Source of the DNA: a virus | Lineage: Duplodnaviria; Caudoviricetes | Length of the DNA stretch: 35,554 nt | Virus record (IMG/VR): IMGVR_UViG_3300033417_000034 | Location: 1-35,554 of that record | Direction: 5' to 3' (one strand) | Part shown: in pieces, positions 1 to 9,041 of the stretch | How the letters are laid out: every line of letters begins with the position of its first letter | Position numbering within the stretch: position 1 is the stretch's first letter | Notes under the pieces: generated by a model | The model's input: only the letters and a program-made list of their open reading frames with translations | Database searches by the model: none | Told to the model about the DNA's origin: nothing | Made by a program: the position numbers and the translations under genes

Positions 1-47
1 TGAGGACGTGAATTTTTGCGTAATAATGTTTCAAGGAATTGAATTTG

Positions 48-434
48 ATGGCGACGAGAGGGCGAAAGCCAAAGCCGGTTGAGTTGCACGTTGTGGGGGG
101 GACGCTGAACGCGACCCGCCACGCGGCTGCGCTCGCCGCGCCCGATGCTGGCGGTTCACCTGTGCGTCCGGCAAAACTGAAAAAGCGCGAGGCCGAGTTA
201 TGGGATCAGTACATCGAAACCGCATTCTGGCTGTCGTCGCACGATTCCGCGAAAGCACATCAATGGTGTGTGCTATTTGCGCAATGGGAAAAGAAGCCGT
301 CGGAGATGACGGCCGCGTATTTCGGGCAACTCCGGTATCTGGGTTCCGAATTGGGGCTCGACCCGGCCTCGCGGGCGCGGCTGGGTGGTAATGGCAAAAA
401 AGAAAAGCCGAAAAAAGCCTCCTACTTCACCTGA
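48..434 (+). CDS. terS: Terminase small subunit (P27-like)
   Basis: N-terminal RGRKPKP, C-terminal ELGLDPASRARL motif, directly upstream of terL. ATG at 48 preferred over TTG at 39. Confidence 0.88.
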   Translation: MATRGRKPKPVELHVVGGTLNATRHAAALAAPDAGGSPVRPAKLKKREAELWDQYIETAFWLSSHDSAKAHQWCVLFAQWEKKPSEMTAAYFGQLRYLGSELGLDPASRARLGGNGKKEKPKKASYFT

Positions 435-3207
435 TCGTGCCACGGCCTTCGCGCGTGGTGTAGTTGCCGATAGGATTGTTGCCGGGCCGGATGTTTACAA
501 TTCTTGTGTCCGCCATCTGGACGATCTGGAAAACGGGCCGAAACGCGGGCTTGTCTGGGATATCAAAGCGGCAAACCGGGTCATTGAGTATTTCCCAGAT
601 GTGCTAGTGGTCGACCGGGTGGCCGGCGACAATTTTAGTGGCGATACCAAGCCGTTCGATCTGATTGACTGGCAAGCCTTCGTTGTTGGGTCGTTGTTCG
701 GGTGGAAAGCGCCGGATGAATCGCGACGTTTCCGGATGGCCTTTGTCGAGACGGGCAAGGGACCGCTCGCGCTGGATACCCCTGTTCCGACTCTGGGCGG
801 CTGGACGATGATGGGCGATATCCAGCCGGGGGATCGTGTGTTTGACGAGCGGGGCCTACCCTGCAATGTGACGGCGGTAAGCCCCGTGTTACATGATCGG
901 CAATGCTACCGCCTCCGCTTTTCCGACGGGTGTGAGATCGTGGCGGACGCCGCGCATGAATGGCGAGTGGCGTCTTTGCGCACGGGTGGCAAGCCCGGGC
1001 CGAAACCGGCCGGCGCTCCGCGCAAGGGCGGCTACGCGACCCGCAATACTGCGGAGATCGCGCGCACTCTGGTTATGGGCCCGACGACGAGCGCGCACCC
1101 GCAGGCGAAGTGGAACCACCGAGTAGACGTGAGCGGGCCGCTCAATCTGCCGGATGCGGAGATCCCGGTGCCGCCCTACACGTTCGGAGCATGGCTCGGG
1201 GACGGGGACTCCGATTGCGCACGGCTGACGGTCGCATACGCTGACTGGGGCATTGTGGAGGAGGTCCGGAGCGAGGGCGTCCCGGTTGCGGAGCAGAAGA
1301 AGCATTCCGATACGACGGCGCGCGTGGTGCTCGGTGGCGACCGTAGCCAGGTGGCGCGGAACGGGAGCGTGCAGGCGCGGCTTCGCGCGCTTAACGTGCT
1401 AGGAAACAAACACATCCCGGCAGTCTATCTCCGGGCGTCTGACGGGCAGCGTCTCGCGCTTCTACAGGGATTGATGGACACGGACGGATCGGCTCTGAAG
1501 GAGGGCGCGGCCGAGCTGACGATCTGTCGCGAGCCGCTTGTGCGCGACGCGCTGGAGCTGATGCGTTCGCTCGGCTTCAAGCCGACCGTCACTGAGTCTG
1601 CGGCGATGCTGAATGGGCGCGAGGTTGGCCGGCGCTGGCGCATCCGGCTCCATGCCTATCGCGACCGGCCGATATTCCGACTCCATCGCAAGGCGGCGCG
1701 ATTGAGGGGGCGCCCCTCGACGCGTTCATTGAGCGAAGGGCGGATGATTGTCGGGTGCGATCCGGTGCCGTCAGTACCGGTGCGGTGCCTGACGGTAGAT
1801 AGTCCATCACACCTGTTCCTCGCGGGCGAGGGCATGATCCCGACGCACAACAGCGGCAAGTCGCCGATGGCCGCTGGGGTTGGCCTCTACATGCTGACGG
1901 CAGACGGAGAGTCCCGCGCGGAGGTGTACGCTGCGGCGACCAAAAGAGATCAGGCCAAGGTGTTGTTTCGGGACGCTGTGGCGATGGTCAATGCCTCGCC
2001 AGAGCTTGATGAACTTTTGCATATGTCCGGCGGCACCGAAAAACATAACATCGCCTATCTGCGCAAGGGTTCTTTCTTCAGGCCGATATCGACGGATGAC
2101 CGGGGGAAGGGCCAGTCCGGTCCGCGCCCTCACTGTGCGTTGCTGGATGAGATTCACGAACACCCGACCAACGCCATGGTTGAGATCATGCGCGCCGGCA
2201 CGAAGGGGCGGCGGCAGGCACTGATCTTCATGATCACGAACAGCGGTTCGGATCGGGAGTCGGTCTGCTATAACTATCACGACTACGCGGTAAAGGTCTG
2301 CGCTGGCGATATCGAGGATGATTCGTTCTTCGCGTTCGTGTGCTCGCTTGATGAAGATGATGATCCCTTGCACGACCCGAGTTGCTGGCCCAAGGCCAAC
2401 CCGTCGCTGGGGATCACGTTCCAGCCCAAGTACCTGGAGGAACAGGTCCGTCACGCGCTGGGGATGCCGTCGAAACAGAATCTCGTGCTACGGCTCAATT
2501 TCTGTCGGTGGACGGACGCCGAGTCCGCATGGATCGGTCATGACGCATGGGTCGCGTGCGAACGCGAGCTGGACCGGGAGGCGTTCCGGGGCAGGAAGTG
2601 CTACGGCGCGCTGGACCTGTCCGGTAGGCGGGACTTGACTGCCTATGCCGAGGTCTTCCCCAACGATGACGGCACGCTTGACGCCTTTGTCGAGTTCTGG
2701 ACTCCCAAGGACACGCTGAAGGAACGCGAAGATCAAGACCGGGCGCCGTATCTGAAATGGGCTCAAGATGGTCATCTGCACGCGATACCGGGCAAGGTCA
2801 TCGATTACGCGCACGTCGTGAAGCGCCTGGGTGAGCGATCAGCAGAAGTCGAGATCGCCGAAACGGCCTATGACCGCTGGCGCATCGAAAACCTGAAAGC
2901 CGATCTCGACGAGCAGGGGGTAGACCTGAACCTTGTCGAATGCGGGCAGGGGTTCAAGGACATGAGCCCGGCCGTCGAGGCTATCGAGGAAGTAATTCTG
3001 AACGGGACGCTGAGGGTCCACATCAATCCGGTGCTGCGCTGGAACGTCGCGAGTGCGGTGTTGGAAGAGGATGCTGCAGGCAACCGCAAGTTCACCAAGC
3101 GCAAGGCGACGGGGCGGATTGATGGCGTCGTTGCATTGGCTATGGCCGTGCGGCTGGCGATGTTGAATCAGGAAAAGCCGATAGAGCCCTTCGTGATGTG
3201 GGCCTGA
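391..3207 (+). CDS. terL: Terminase large subunit, intein-containing
   Basis: Walker A GKG/SGKS split by an intein, Walker B LLDEIHEH, ITNSG, nuclease motifs GALDLS and RIDGVVA. Confidence 0.97.
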   Translation: MAKKKSRKKPPTSPDRATAFARGVVADRIVAGPDVYNSCVRHLDDLENGPKRGLVWDIKAANRVIEYFPDVLVVDRVAGDNFSGDTKPFDLIDWQAFVVGSLFGWKAPDESRRFRMAFVETGKGPLALDTPVPTLGGWTMMGDIQPGDRVFDERGLPCNVTAVSPVLHDRQCYRLRFSDGCEIVADAAHEWRVASLRTGGKPGPKPAGAPRKGGYATRNTAEIARTLVMGPTTSAHPQAKWNHRVDVSGPLNLPDAEIPVPPYTFGAWLGDGDSDCARLTVAYADWGIVEEVRSEGVPVAEQKKHSDTTARVVLGGDRSQVARNGSVQARLRALNVLGNKHIPAVYLRASDGQRLALLQGLMDTDGSALKEGAAELTICREPLVRDALELMRSLGFKPTVTESAAMLNGREVGRRWRIRLHAYRDRPIFRLHRKAARLRGRPSTRSLSEGRMIVGCDPVPSVPVRCLTVDSPSHLFLAGEGMIPTHNSGKSPMAAGVGLYMLTADGESRAEVYAAATKRDQAKVLFRDAVAMVNASPELDELLHMSGGTEKHNIAYLRKGSFFRPISTDDRGKGQSGPRPHCALLDEIHEHPTNAMVEIMRAGTKGRRQALIFMITNSGSDRESVCYNYHDYAVKVCAGDIEDDSFFAFVCSLDEDDDPLHDPSCWPKANPSLGITFQPKYLEEQVRHALGMPSKQNLVLRLNFCRWTDAESAWIGHDAWVACERELDREAFRGRKCYGALDLSGRRDLTAYAEVFPNDDGTLDAFVEFWTPKDTLKEREDQDRAPYLKWAQDGHLHAIPGKVIDYAHVVKRLGERSAEVEIAETAYDRWRIENLKADLDEQGVDLNLVECGQGFKDMSPAVEAIEEVILNGTLRVHINPVLRWNVASAVLEEDAAGNRKFTKRKATGRIDGVVALAMAVRLAMLNQEKPIEPFVMWA
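763..1851 (+). mobile_element. Class 3 intein (363 aa) with LAGLIDADG homing endonuclease, inserted in the terminase Walker A motif
   Basis: Starts PLALDTPVPT and ends IPTHN followed by Ser. Block B ADAAHEW, block F VRCLTVD, block G PTHN. Endonuclease motifs GAWLGDG and LQGLMDTDG. Confidence 0.93.
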
Positions 3208-3221
3208 ACCGGAGGATATGA

Positions 3222-4766
3222 ATGGGGCTCTTGTCCGGCCTTCGTACATTGCTTGCCGCGCGCCGGACGCAGCCCAACCCGGAATTTTCCGGCGAGCGCG
3301 TAATCTGGCTGCCGAGCAAGCATCTCGGCGGTATCCGTATGACGCCGGACGATGCCCTGCAACTCTCGGCCGTTTGGGCGTGCGTGACCGTCATATCGAA
3401 GGCGCTGGCCTCGTGCGATTGGGAAGTCTTTCTAGAGCGCGACAATGGAGATCGTATCCCGCGCCGGCAACTGACGACATATCGGTTGCTGAACGACAGT
3501 CCGAATACGGAAACGGGCGCCTTCAATTTCATGGAGGCCATGTACATTCAGGCGTTGGTCTGGGGTAACTTTTACGCGGAGATAGAGAAGGATCGTGGCG
3601 GCAGGCCGGTTGCGTTGTGGCCGTTGGCGCCGGAGCGATGCACGCTGGAACGTGAAAGCGATAACCGCCTTGTCCTGGTGGTGAGAAACCGAGCCGACGG
3701 CGAGACGGTTCTGGACTATAGCGAAGAGGTCTTCCATGTCCATGGCCCCGGCGTGGATGGGCTATCTGGATTCGATACCGTAACAATGGCCGCGCGGACG
3801 CTGGCCCACTCCGCCGCCGCGGAAAGATTCGGGCAGTCGTTCTACCACAACAACACGCAGCTTGGCGGGATGCTGTCGTTCGATCAAAACCTAAACAAAG
3901 AGACCCGCACGTCGGTGAAGGAAGCTATCGAAGGTGGCCATAAAGGATCGGACAAGGCGTGGGGCCTGCTGGTTCTCGATAATGGGCCGAAGTATCATAG
4001 CTTCGGCACCGAGCCGGAGAAGGCCCAGTTCATCGAGACGAGGTTCCTGCTCATCGAGGAAGTGTGCCGGATCTTCGGAGTCCCGCCGCACAAGGTGGCG
4101 CATCTGCTGCGCGCGACATTCAGCAATATTGAAGAACAATCCATTGAATTTGTCCGCGATGCGCTGACGCCGTGGGCGGAGCGGGCGGCACAAGAGGTCA
4201 ACCGGAAACTGTTGCGCCCATGGCCCGCCATTCGCGCCCGTCTCGATCTCGACTGGGCGGCGGAAGGCAATGCCAAGTCCAAGGCCGAAACGGATTCCAT
4301 CCTTGTGCAGAACGGCATCATCAACCGTAACGAGGCGAGAAAGCGTCGCGGCTTCAACACCATCGGCCCAGACGGCGACAAGTACACCGTCCAGGTCAAC
4401 ATGACGACTCTTGAGAAGATCGGCACTGATGCTCCCGTTGCCGAACCCGCCGACGATGCAGCTTTTGCTTTGTTCCGCATGGCGGCTCTCAAGGCGCAAA
4501 GACGAAGGGCTATCAAAGCGGAGCCGTTAGAGGACCGCGCCGAGATACTCGCGGCCGATGGCGAAAGACATGGTCGATATGTTGGAACCTTGATTACGGA
4601 TGTACTCAAGACGCTGAAGGTCAAGGCTGACAATGTAATTCTTGCTGGGGCGCTGAAAACGTGGCTCGACGAGGAAACTGCACTACTGATCGCGGGAGAA
4701 TCATTCGATCCAGAGTCGCGCGCCGATGAAATCGCGAAAACACTGACAACATTGATCAGGAGGTGA
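3222..4766 (+). CDS. HK97-family portal protein with C-terminal extension
   Basis: AVWACV..IS, WGNFY, LWPLAPER, QFIETR, EEVCRIFGVPP, TFSNIEEQ, NEARK motifs. GGAGG RBS at 3211. Confidence 0.96.
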   Translation: MGLLSGLRTLLAARRTQPNPEFSGERVIWLPSKHLGGIRMTPDDALQLSAVWACVTVISKALASCDWEVFLERDNGDRIPRRQLTTYRLLNDSPNTETGAFNFMEAMYIQALVWGNFYAEIEKDRGGRPVALWPLAPERCTLERESDNRLVLVVRNRADGETVLDYSEEVFHVHGPGVDGLSGFDTVTMAARTLAHSAAAERFGQSFYHNNTQLGGMLSFDQNLNKETRTSVKEAIEGGHKGSDKAWGLLVLDNGPKYHSFGTEPEKAQFIETRFLLIEEVCRIFGVPPHKVAHLLRATFSNIEEQSIEFVRDALTPWAERAAQEVNRKLLRPWPAIRARLDLDWAAEGNAKSKAETDSILVQNGIINRNEARKRRGFNTIGPDGDKYTVQVNMTTLEKIGTDAPVAEPADDAAFALFRMAALKAQRRRAIKAEPLEDRAEILAADGERHGRYVGTLITDVLKTLKVKADNVILAGALKTWLDEETALLIAGESFDPESRADEIAKTLTTLIRR

Positions 4767-4771
4767 CCGCC

Positions 4772-5530
4772 ATGTTCAACGGTCCCGTCATTCCGCTCCG
4801 CCCCGCGAACCGGGAGCGGCCCTATGAAATCAAGGCCCAGGACAAGACCGGAGAGGTCTACTTGTACGACGTTATCGGCGATGGATGGGATGGCACGACG
4901 GCCAGTCAGTTCAAGGATGACCTGAAAGCCATCGGCAATGTGACCACGCTCAATATCTTTATCAACTCGCCCGGCGGCGCCGTGGTTGATGGCGTGGGGA
5001 TATTTAACGTCCTGAAGCGCCACAAGGCACGGAAGGTGGTCCAGATCGACGGTCTTGCTGCCTCGATCGCGTCGGTGATCGCTATGGCCGGCGATGAAAT
5101 CCATATCGCCGGCAACGCGCTGATGATGATCCACCGTCCGTGGGGCTTGACCATCGGCGATGAAGATGACCACCGCAAGGCGATTGAATTGCTGGTTCGG
5201 TACAAGGAAAGCATTCTGTCGGCTTACGTGGACCGATCTTCTTCGTCGGAAGAGCAGCTTCGCGAATGGATGGACAATGAGACGTGGTTTGACGCCAAGG
5301 AGGCAGTCGATGCCGGTCTCGCCGATGTAATCACAGAACAGGTCGAAATGGCCGCACTCGCCAGACACGACCTGTTGGCAATGAAGGCAAATTTCCGCCA
5401 CGTGCCAGAATCTCTTATTCAGGCGGCGGAACAAGCCGAATCAGAATACCAGGAGGGGCATGCCCACCCGGCTGTATCCCTCATGGAAACGCGCCTGTTA
5501 AAGCGCAATCACGGGCGCGAAACCGCCTGA
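4772..5530 (+). CDS. ClpP-type (S14) head maturation protease
   Basis: INSPGG, DGLAASIASVIAMAGD, MMIHRPW, ETWFDAKEA. AGGAGG RBS favours the ATG at 4772. Confidence 0.95.
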   Translation: MFNGPVIPLRPANRERPYEIKAQDKTGEVYLYDVIGDGWDGTTASQFKDDLKAIGNVTTLNIFINSPGGAVVDGVGIFNVLKRHKARKVVQIDGLAASIASVIAMAGDEIHIAGNALMMIHRPWGLTIGDEDDHRKAIELLVRYKESILSAYVDRSSSSEEQLREWMDNETWFDAKEAVDAGLADVITEQVEMAALARHDLLAMKANFRHVPESLIQAAEQAESEYQEGHAHPAVSLMETRLLKRNHGRETA

Positions 5531-5539
5531 ACATACGAC

Positions 5540-5576
5540 GCCCGCGCTGTGAAGCGCCGGCTATCCTTAGATGGAG
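5540..5576 (+). promoter_or_regulatory. GUGA-loop hairpin plus CCTTAGATGGAG element upstream of the capsid gene (copy 1)
   Basis: GCC-C-GCGCT GTGA AGCGC-C-GGC, then CCTTAGATGGAG containing the RBS. Second copy lies upstream of the tail tube gene. Confidence 0.65.
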
Positions 5577-5582
5577 ATTGTC

Positions 5583-7028
5583 ATGACTATCACCAACAAA
5601 ATGGTGGAGCTTGAGGCGTATCTGCTTGAGAACGCCAGCATCCGCACCCTGATTTTCAACGACGGCTCCCGGATCGAGGAACTGCGCGACGAGCTTGTCA
5701 CGCTCTCCGTCCAGGCCAAGACATTGCAGGCCACGGCCGATGCCGAGAAGCGCGGCTTGTCCGAGGAAGAGGACGCGGAGATCGAGAAGATTTTCGCGCG
5801 CTTTGAATTCGTGGAAGCGGAGATCGATCGCCGCGAGAAGATCGCGGAGACCGAGGCCCGAGTCGCGGACCCGCAGGGCAGGAAAACCGATCCCGATGAT
5901 ATCGTGGATCAGGGTGACGGCGGCGCGGGAAATCGTCCGCCCCGGCGTCGCAAGATCGCGCCGACACCACGTGATCCAAGCACTGCCGGCACCCATGGCT
6001 TCCGGTCGTTTGGGGAGTTCGCCCAGTCCGTCAAGAACGCTGTTCGTGCGGCTCCGGGGAGCATCGATCCCCGCCTCACGATGAATGCGCCGACCACGAC
6101 TTCGACCGAGGGGACGGGGGCGGACGGTGGATTTGCGGTTCCGCCGGATTTCCGTACCGCGATTACGGCAAAGGTCATGGGCGTCGATAGCCTGCTGGCC
6201 CGTACCGACCAACTCACGTCCGCGTCCAACTCGATTACGTTGCCGAAGGACGAAACAACGCCGTGGCAATCGACCGGCGGTATCCAGGCGTTCTGGGAAG
6301 GTGAAGGATCGCAGATCGCGCAGTCCAAGGTCGCCTTGGATCAAACCACGATCCGCCTGAACAAGCTCACGGCACTGGTTCCAGTCACCGAGGAACTGAT
6401 GGAAGATGCGTCGGCGCTTTCCACCTACATCAACCGGAAGGCGCCCGAGAAGTTCGATTACAAGATCCAGAACGCCATCATCAATGGCACTGGCGCCGGC
6501 CAGCCGAAGGGCATTCTTGCGTCCGATGCCTTGGTGGAAGTTGCCAAGGAATCAGGCCAGGTGGCCGATACCGTTCTGGCGCAGAACATTACGAACATGT
6601 GGGCGCGCATGTATGCGCCCAGCCGTTCGAATGCGATCTGGCTGATCAACCAGGACGTCGAGCCGCAACTCGATTATCTGCAAATGCCGGGAACCAACCC
6701 GACGGCGCCTCTCTACATGCCGGCGGGCGGTTTGTCGGCCTCACCGTTCGCGACTCTCAAGGGCCGCCCGGTCGTTCCGGTCGAAGCTTGTAAGACGCTC
6801 GGCGATGCCGGCGATATCATCCTCGCCGATCTGACCAAGTACATGACCGCCATGAAGACCGGAGGCATTCGGCAGGACGTGTCCATGCACCTGTGGTTCG
6901 ATTACGACACGCTGGCCTTCCGGTTTATCATGCGGATGGCGGGCTTGCCGTGGTGGGGCTCGGCGATCACGCCGGCGAACGGGTCCAATACCCTGTCGTG
7001 CTTCGTCAGTTTGGCAGCGCGCGGCTAG
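5583..7028 (+). CDS. HK97-fold major capsid protein with N-terminal coiled-coil delta domain
   Basis: DGGFAVPPDF, WEGEG, KLTALVPVTEELMED, INGTGAGQPKGI, LKGRPVV. GGAG RBS at 5573-5576 puts the start at ATG 5583. Confidence 0.96.
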   Translation: MTITNKMVELEAYLLENASIRTLIFNDGSRIEELRDELVTLSVQAKTLQATADAEKRGLSEEEDAEIEKIFARFEFVEAEIDRREKIAETEARVADPQGRKTDPDDIVDQGDGGAGNRPPRRRKIAPTPRDPSTAGTHGFRSFGEFAQSVKNAVRAAPGSIDPRLTMNAPTTTSTEGTGADGGFAVPPDFRTAITAKVMGVDSLLARTDQLTSASNSITLPKDETTPWQSTGGIQAFWEGEGSQIAQSKVALDQTTIRLNKLTALVPVTEELMEDASALSTYINRKAPEKFDYKIQNAIINGTGAGQPKGILASDALVEVAKESGQVADTVLAQNITNMWARMYAPSRSNAIWLINQDVEPQLDYLQMPGTNPTAPLYMPAGGLSASPFATLKGRPVVPVEACKTLGDAGDIILADLTKYMTAMKTGGIRQDVSMHLWFDYDTLAFRFIMRMAGLPWWGSAITPANGSNTLSCFVSLAARG

Positions 7029-7039
7029 CGTTAGGCAGT

Positions 7040-7070
7040 GGGGCGGCCTTTCGGGGCTGCCCCCTTTCCT
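7040..7070 (+). terminator. Probable leaky rho-independent terminator or stabilising hairpin after the capsid gene
   Basis: GGGGCGGCCT-TTCG-GGGCTGCCCC stem-loop followed by a short pyrimidine tract CTTTCCT. Confidence 0.65.
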
Positions 7071-7085
7071 TGAAAGGAGAAATCT

Positions 7086-7946
7086 ATGTTCACGAATCTA
7101 CTGCCGAGCGAGGTCATCGATTGCGTCGCTGCTATCGATCCCGACGCTTATACCGCTGCCGGGGTGTCGAGCGGTTATGCCGACATGTCCGATTACGAGT
7201 CCTTGCTTGCCGTCGGCCTGGTCGGCACCATCGTCTCCACCGGCAAGTACGATCTCAAGCTTCAGTCCAACACGGCGGCGTCCGGCGGCTCGGATATCGT
7301 CGGCAAGGCGATTACCCAGCTTACCGAAGCGTCACCCGATGACAGCGACAAGCAAGCGCTGATCAATCTCCGGCGTTCGGAACTGACGGAAGGCCATCGC
7401 TACGTCAAGATGGTGCGGACGCTGACCACGGCCGGCGCCGACTCGGCATCGTTGCTGCTGGGCTTCAAGGGCGTCCTTGTCGCCAACATGCTGCCCTCGG
7501 AAGTCGTCGGCCTCGTTGGGACTGTGGACCCGGATGCTTACGCGCCGGGCGCGCAGTTGAGCGATGCGATCGACATGTCAAAATGGCATTGCGCCATGGG
7601 CGTGTTGATGATCGGCGATCTCGGGACCGATGGAAGCGTGGTCATGAAGTGGACGCAGGCCACGACCGCCGGTGGCATCTACAAGGATGTATCCGGGGCG
7701 ACCACGGCGACATTCGCCCAGGCGAACTCGCCCGCCGAGTCCAACCAGCAGGTTAAGCTGGATCTTCGGGCCGATGATCTCGACGCCGCCAACGGCTACC
7801 GTTTCGTCAAGCTGTCGGTGACGATTGCCGATTCGTCGTCGCCGGAGAATGCGACTTCGGACGTTGGAGCCGTGGCGTTCGGCGTGTTTCCGAAGATCGG
7901 CGTCGGTTCCGCTCACAATCTGGCATCGGTCGCGGAGGTGGTGTGA
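7086..7946 (+). CDS. Putative capsid decoration/cement protein with two tandem ~140-aa domains
   Basis: Follows the capsid gene, strong AAAGGAG RBS. Internal duplication NLLPSEV..IDPDAY..DMS / NMLPSEV..VDPDAY..DMS and RYVK / RFVK. Confidence 0.6.
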   Translation: MFTNLLPSEVIDCVAAIDPDAYTAAGVSSGYADMSDYESLLAVGLVGTIVSTGKYDLKLQSNTAASGGSDIVGKAITQLTEASPDDSDKQALINLRRSELTEGHRYVKMVRTLTTAGADSASLLLGFKGVLVANMLPSEVVGLVGTVDPDAYAPGAQLSDAIDMSKWHCAMGVLMIGDLGTDGSVVMKWTQATTAGGIYKDVSGATTATFAQANSPAESNQQVKLDLRADDLDAANGYRFVKLSVTIADSSSPENATSDVGAVAFGVFPKIGVGSAHNLASVAEVV

Positions 7947-8374
7947 TGAAAGTCATGTTCGCCGAGGACACGGAGATTCGCGATCATCTCGGCCGCGTCG
8001 AACAGTCCTTCCGGGCCGGGGAGGTGGTGGAGCTATCCACCGCCTCCGCCCGGCGCTGGATCAGGCGCAACAGGGCGACCGAGTTCGTTGGTGCCCCGAA
8101 GATCGTTCTCAAGGCCCCGCCAGCCCCTCCTACAAAGGGGGGCCATGGCGCGTCCCCCGACTCTGGGAAGGGCAAACCGCCGTCTGCATGGCCTCCGGCC
8201 CCAGCCTCAGTGACAGAGACGTTGAGTACGTCCGACGCGCCCGAGACGAAGGAAGATGCCGAGTCATCGTCGTCAACCGGACCTTCGAGCGAGCCAAGTG
8301 GGCCGACGCCCTCTACGGGGCCGACGCCACATGGTGGCGGGAGGCGCAGAACGCCCCCGGGTTCAGGGGGCTAA
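7946..8374 (+). CDS. Small hypothetical protein with Ser/Pro/Thr/Gly-rich tail overlapping the next gene
   Basis: TGATG coupling with GGAGG RBS. Globular N-terminus (FRAGEVVEL..ARRWIRR..A) resembles small post-capsid proteins. Confidence 0.6.
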   Translation: MKVMFAEDTEIRDHLGRVEQSFRAGEVVELSTASARRWIRRNRATEFVGAPKIVLKAPPAPPTKGGHGASPDSGKGKPPSAWPPAPASVTETLSTSDAPETKEDAESSSSTGPSSEPSGPTPSTGPTPHGGGRRRTPPGSGG

Positions 8375-8760
8375 AGGTCTGCCTGGAGGCAATCGAATTC
8401 CGCGATGTTCACGTCCTGAAGTACCATCATGATGGGACCAACACCGGGCTGAGCTTCGATCCCGAGTACCTATGCACGGGGTCCAACTCAGGCTACCAGG
8501 GCGTGAACCTCGCGGTGCTTCTAGGGGCCAGTCGCATTATCCTGCTCGGCTACGATATGAAGTTCGGGCCGAACGGAGAAAAGCACTGGCACGAGGATCA
8601 TGCCGGCCGGAATCCGGGTGAGGTCCAGCTGCAGGAATGGCGGGCGAAGTTCGCGACCATGGTTCCCGATCTTGCGAAGGCTGGCGTTGAGGTCATAAAC
8701 TGTAGCAGGGACACGGCCTTGGACATGTTTCCTAAGTTAAAGCTGGAAGAGGCTTTGTGA
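8146..8760 (+). CDS. Maf/DUF115-like (sialyltransferase-like fold) glycosyltransferase domain; start uncertain (frameshift fusion or ATG 8188)
   Basis: WRVPRLWEGQTAVCMASGPSL, IVVN, YGADATWW, NSGYQGVNLAVLLGASRIILLGYDM, HWH, VINCS. Confidence 0.7.
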   Translation, partial: WRVPRLWEGQTAVCMASGPSLSDRDVEYVRRARDEGRCRVIVVNRTFERAKWADALYGADATWWREAQNAPGFRGLKVCLEAIEFRDVHVLKYHHDGTNTGLSFDPEYLCTGSNSGYQGVNLAVLLGASRIILLGYDMKFGPNGEKHWHEDHAGRNPGEVQLQEWRAKFATMVPDLAKAGVEVINCSRDTALDMFPKLKLEEAL

Positions 8761-9041
8761 TGGCGATGACAATAAATGCGGCCAAGTTGTCACGTGAATA
8801 TGTGACGATCACCGTGACTGGCCTTCGAGCGCTGAACTTCCGCCATTGGCTAGCAGCCAAGATATTCGTGCTCGGGGCATGGGCTGCATCGACAGGACTA
8901 GAAATCGCAATGGATGATACGGACGTTCCAAGGCGGCCGGGTGAAGGCTACCACCCGCGCGCCGATGGCCGTCCACCGTCAAGCCCGCCGCCCAACCCGC
9001 CGAATATGGGAAGCGGTGGGCGGAAGCCATCGAATAGTTGA
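8760..9041 (+). CDS. Small hypothetical protein with Pro-rich C-terminus
   Basis: Overlapping stop/start codons on both sides and fills the gap exactly. Confidence 0.6.
   Translation: MAMTINAAKLSREYVTITVTGLRALNFRHWLAAKIFVLGAWAASTGLEIAMDDTDVPRRPGEGYHPRADGRPPSSPPPNPPNMGSGGRKPSNS

Noticed and set aside
1-47. cos site or late promoter upstream of terS
   Set aside because: Position is suggestive and AT-rich, but the context is truncated and no defined motif is supportable.
3995-5434. Long antisense ORFs (also 16517-17860, 15402-16406, 21791-22711, 33544-34533)
   Set aside because: Shadow frames of GC-rich sense genes; no motifs.
5571-5582. Capsid start at ATG 5571
   Set aside because: That ATG is part of the CCTTAGATGGAG/RBS element; ATG 5583 has proper RBS spacing.
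7825-8133. 311-aa ORF start proposed for the Maf-like gene
   Set aside because: The N-terminal ~100 aa is Arg-rich off-frame sequence overlapping two better genes, with no convincing RBS.
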